Positions 60,816 through 64,000 of a stretch of 64,000 nt of DNA are shown here, in pieces; position 1 is the first letter of the stretch; every line of letters begins with the position of its first letter. The notes under the pieces are model-generated. The model was not told the DNA's origin. It made no database searches and saw only the letters and a program-made list of their open reading frames with translations. Position numbers and translations under genes: made by a program. The stretch comes from Phycisphaerae bacterium (lineage in GTDB: Bacteria > Planctomycetota > Phycisphaerae > WQYP01): the NCBI GenBank assembly GCA_051955985.1, contig JBQCGD010000036.1, positions 4,306 to 68,305 on the forward strand, written 5' to 3'.

Positions 60816-62849
60816 TCAGCGGGCTGCCGCTTGTGAAGAATTGCTCGAGCGGGTCGCACGCTCTCCCCCCGCGTCAGCCGCCGGATTTTCCTTCATATTG
60901 CCCATTTTGCATAAATGAATCAGGTCTTCCACCGCCCGGCTGAGGTGTCCGACCCCCAGCCCCGCTCGTGTGGCCCGCTCCACCAGTACCGCGGACTGGG
61001 CCAGCGCTGATCCTTCCGTTGCGTTCGATTTCACCGCCATCGCGGAATTCCCCAGTGCCGGCAGGTCCTCTGCCCGCAGTGCCTGCTCCAACGCCTGGAC
61101 AAGAGACGCCCAGGGTTCCTCCGGCGACTCATCCACCACATCCCCGGCCGTCACCGGACGCCCCAGCAGCTCGCACGCCCGCGCCACCAGCCGCTCCGGC
61201 TCAAACGGCTTGGGCATGTAGGCATCGCATCCCTCGGCAAGGCAGCGCTCCCGGTCTCCCGGCATCGTGTGGGCGGTCAGCGCCATGATCTTCCCCCTAT
61301 ACCCCCGTTCGCGCAGCCGCCGCGTCGCCGCATAACCGTCCATCTCCGGCATCTGCATGTCCATGAGGATCAGGTCGAACGCCTGCCCCTCGCGCGCCGC
61401 GTCCAGCGCCAGCCCCACCGCATACCGCCCGTTGTCAGCCCCGGTAATCTTCGCCCCCGCACGCCTCAGCAGCAGCGCGATCAAATACTGGTTGTCCGGA
61501 CCGTCTTCCGCAATCAGGATGCGCGTCCCTGCCAGCAGCGGCTCTGTCGGGGCTTCCCGGATCAGCGCTGCGTGCTGCGCAAAGGCCGTATCCCCTTCCG
61601 CGGGATCCACGATCAGCTCGACACCCTGCAGCGGCCCCGGATCAATCGTCGCCGTGAAGGTCGTTCCCGCTCCGGAAATCGAATCCACCACAATGCCGCC
61701 GCCCATCGCTTCCGCCAGCCTTTTGCTGATGGAAAGCCCCAGGCCGGTCCCGCCAAACCGCCGCGTCGTTGTCGCTTCTGCCTGCGTGAACGGCCGGAAC
61801 AATGAGGCAATCTGTTCCTGCGTCATCCCGATGCCCGTATCCACCACCTGGAACTGCAACTGCGGCTTGTCGAGCGAATTGGAGTTCAGGAGCCGCACCA
61901 GCAGCCGCACCGATCCCGAATGCGTGAATTTCAGCGCGTTGCCCACCAGGTTCATCAGCACCTGCCGCAGCCGCGTCGGATCAGTCGTAATGGTTTTCGG
62001 GATCGGTCCGATGTACTTCACCTGGAATGCGATCCGCTTTTCCACGGCCCGCAGGCGCATCACCGCCGCCACTTCGCTTATGATCTGCAATGGCGAACAG
62101 GCAATGCGCTCCGTCTCCAGCTTGCCCGCCTCGATTTTCGAAAGATCGAGCACATCGTTCACCAGGTCCACCAGGTGTTCCGCGTTTCGCCGGATGGTGC
62201 GCAGCGATTTCCGCCGCTCATGCAGCGAAAGCTCTCCCCCGCATTCTCCCTCCTCTTCCAGCAGATCAATGTGCCCGAGGATCGCCGTCATCGGCGTGCG
62301 GAGTTCATGCGACATGCTCGCCACGAACGCCGACTTGGCCCGGCTTGCGGCTTCCGCCGATTGCTGCGCCTTCTCCGATGCAAGCTTCGCCGCGTGCAAT
62401 TCCGTGAGATCCATCCCGGACAGGACCAGGTGCCCCGCGGTTCCGCCCGCTTCATTCATCACCGTTGCCTTCCAGGCGATGTGGCGAACGCGCTTGTCCG
62501 GCGCAAGCAGACCCAACGGCGGCATCGCCATCGGATCCCCGGTTTGCCACTCTTTTTCACAAAACGCCCGGATGTCCGCCGCCTGCTCCGCCGGAACGAT
62601 CGGCAGCTCCCACAGAAGCTTCCCGCACGCCTCCGCAGCGGCAACGCCCGTGAGCGCCTCGCACGCCGCGTTGAACCGCACGATCCGGCCCCCCGCTTCC
62701 AGCACCATCAACAGGCATCCGACCCCCTCCAGCACGCGCGCAGAAAACGCCGCCTCCCTCCCCGTCATCTTTTCTTCCGGATTCGTTCCGTCATTCACCT
62801 GCACACCGCCACGCTCGCTGTCCATTGGCAGATCGATTCGCCCCGGCAC
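60816..62849 (-). CDS. Hybrid sensor histidine kinase (PAS-HisKA-HATPase-REC plus degenerate HPt)
   Basis: MSHELRTPM, NLVGNALKFT, DTGIG and GGTGLGL; REC domain AED..N / LMDMQMP / KP. Start is uncertain. Confidence 0.94.
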   Translation of the reverse strand: MPGRIDLPMDSERGGVQVNDGTNPEEKMTGREAAFSARVLEGVGCLLMVLEAGGRIVRFNAACEALTGVAAAEACGKLLWELPIVPAEQAADIRAFCEKEWQTGDPMAMPPLGLLAPDKRVRHIAWKATVMNEAGGTAGHLVLSGMDLTELHAAKLASEKAQQSAEAASRAKSAFVASMSHELRTPMTAILGHIDLLEEEGECGGELSLHERRKSLRTIRRNAEHLVDLVNDVLDLSKIEAGKLETERIACSPLQIISEVAAVMRLRAVEKRIAFQVKYIGPIPKTITTDPTRLRQVLMNLVGNALKFTHSGSVRLLVRLLNSNSLDKPQLQFQVVDTGIGMTQEQIASLFRPFTQAEATTTRRFGGTGLGLSISKRLAEAMGGGIVVDSISGAGTTFTATIDPGPLQGVELIVDPAEGDTAFAQHAALIREAPTEPLLAGTRILIAEDGPDNQYLIALLLRRAGAKITGADNGRYAVGLALDAAREGQAFDLILMDMQMPEMDGYAATRRLRERGYRGKIMALTAHTMPGDRERCLAEGCDAYMPKPFEPERLVARACELLGRPVTAGDVVDESPEEPWASLVQALEQALRAEDLPALGNSAMAVKSNATEGSALAQSAVLVERATRAGLGVGHLSRAVEDLIHLCKMGNMKENPAADAGGERATRSSNSSQAAAR

Positions 62850-62878
62850 GTACTTCCGCCGGAACCGCTGCGGCGGGA

Positions 62879-63718
62879 TTATCCGACCGCCACGGCCCGC
62901 TCGATTGCCTCCGGCATCGGCTGCGCGGAACGCATGTTGATCGTCGTCGTCCGCAGATCACGCATCGCTTCGTTCAACCGCAGCAGCAGTGGCAGACGTC
63001 CCTGCACCCCCACCTTCCGGTAAATCGACTTGATGTGCGAGTGCAGCGTGTGCGGCGAAAGATTCAACTGGTCCGCCAGCTGCTTCTCGCCCTGGTCCGA
63101 ATTCAGACCACGCAGCACCACCCACTCCCGCTCCGTCAGGCGATCGAACGGACCGCCCAGCGTCTCCGGCCGGCTGATCGACGCCACCACGCACCGCAGC
63201 AGCTTCGACAACTGCCGCGCTGCCATCAGCAGCGTGTCCGTGATTCGCGCCGAAAGCCCAATCTGGTCCGCCCGCTGATGCACAATGAGGAACATGCGGT
63301 GTTGTTCGTCGATCGTCCGCACGGCGACCAGCGCCCGCGGATAGGTCGCGAGGTGATGCACCTGCAGCTCCGAGAAACCATGGTCCTTGCCCGCAATCGC
63401 CGGCCGCAGCATCAGCCCGTCCCGCGCCGTCAGCGGCCGCGTCTGTTCGTGAATTTCCAGGATGTTCTTGTGAAACGCCGCCCCCGCCTCTCCCGTCGCC
63501 ACCTGGCCGGATGAAGCCAGCAGAACGATCTTCGGCTCCGTCTCACCCTGCTGACGCACCACCGCCAGCGTGATCGGTTCCAGATCCAGGACCCGGCTCA
63601 GGTACGCCGGAACCTTGCTGCACTGCTCCAGGGACTGCGTGTAATCCGCCAGCGTCGTGGCGATATCCATCAGCATTTCCACATGAGCGTTATTCCATTG
63701 CTGGTCCGAATACGGCAT
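62879..63718 (-). CDS. LuxR-type HTH transcriptional regulator with an N-terminal GAF-like region
   Basis: LTEREWVVL...EKQLADQLNLSPHTLHSHIKSIYRKVGV. Confidence 0.9.
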   Translation of the reverse strand: MPYSDQQWNNAHVEMLMDIATTLADYTQSLEQCSKVPAYLSRVLDLEPITLAVVRQQGETEPKIVLLASSGQVATGEAGAAFHKNILEIHEQTRPLTARDGLMLRPAIAGKDHGFSELQVHHLATYPRALVAVRTIDEQHRMFLIVHQRADQIGLSARITDTLLMAARQLSKLLRCVVASISRPETLGGPFDRLTEREWVVLRGLNSDQGEKQLADQLNLSPHTLHSHIKSIYRKVGVQGRLPLLLRLNEAMRDLRTTTINMRSAQPMPEAIERAVAVG

Positions 63719-64000
63719 TGCTTGCGCCCTTCCTGAGAAATACGCTGGCCTTTTGAGGGTGATCACAATGACCCACCCGGCCAATACCCTCAAAATCGGC
63801 CGCAATTCATGAATTCTCTATAGAAACCGCTGCTTTTCCTCGAGAATTTGCACCAGATTGCAATTTGCAGCCAACGTATCCCCGCCCATTTGGGGGATGT
63901 TGCATTTTGCAATTCCCCCCGCGCCTTGCTCTCTAAGAAACCCCCCTAGATTCCCCTGGGCTTCCCTAAGAATCTCGTGAGAGCTTTTCTCTATCCATTC

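Overview
High-GC bacterial chromosomal segment, most consistent with Planctomycetota/Phycisphaerae (inferred from a LEPR-XLL surface protein, PEP-CTERM/VPLPA-CTERM sorting tails, prepilin-cleavage '[14 protein letters not shown]' proteins and the S1 N-terminus). It carries about 50 CDS. Housekeeping genes include xylA, psd, ilvA, pyrF, nuoI, cysD, cysN, proA, rpsA, lpdA, lpxB and sbp-cysT-cysW. There are also CAZymes (two GH43, GH13/CBM48, SGNH), chemotaxis/signalling genes, two giant surface proteins (one frameshifted) and a PIN toxin-antitoxin pair inserted between cysD and cysN. The best candidate for an undescribed system lies at about 31.2-39.05 kb. It has three paralogous pilin-like proteins with an H-X17-DG variant of the H-X9-DG motif, two paralogous single-pass membrane proteins of an unrecognised family, and a metallophosphoesterase-fold protein that has lost most of its metal ligands. 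Its four transcription units share a CCACATCC motif, at the predicted +1 in three of them, and two have homologous structured leaders. Other notable signals are a candidate sRNA (about 60.57-60.68 kb), REP-like palindromes, heptamer arrays, degenerate CysC and HPt domains, and a strong orientation-independent GC skew that inverts early in the window. No rRNA, tRNA, CRISPR array, transposase or integrase was recognised. All calls come from reading the sequence by eye; no database searches were run.
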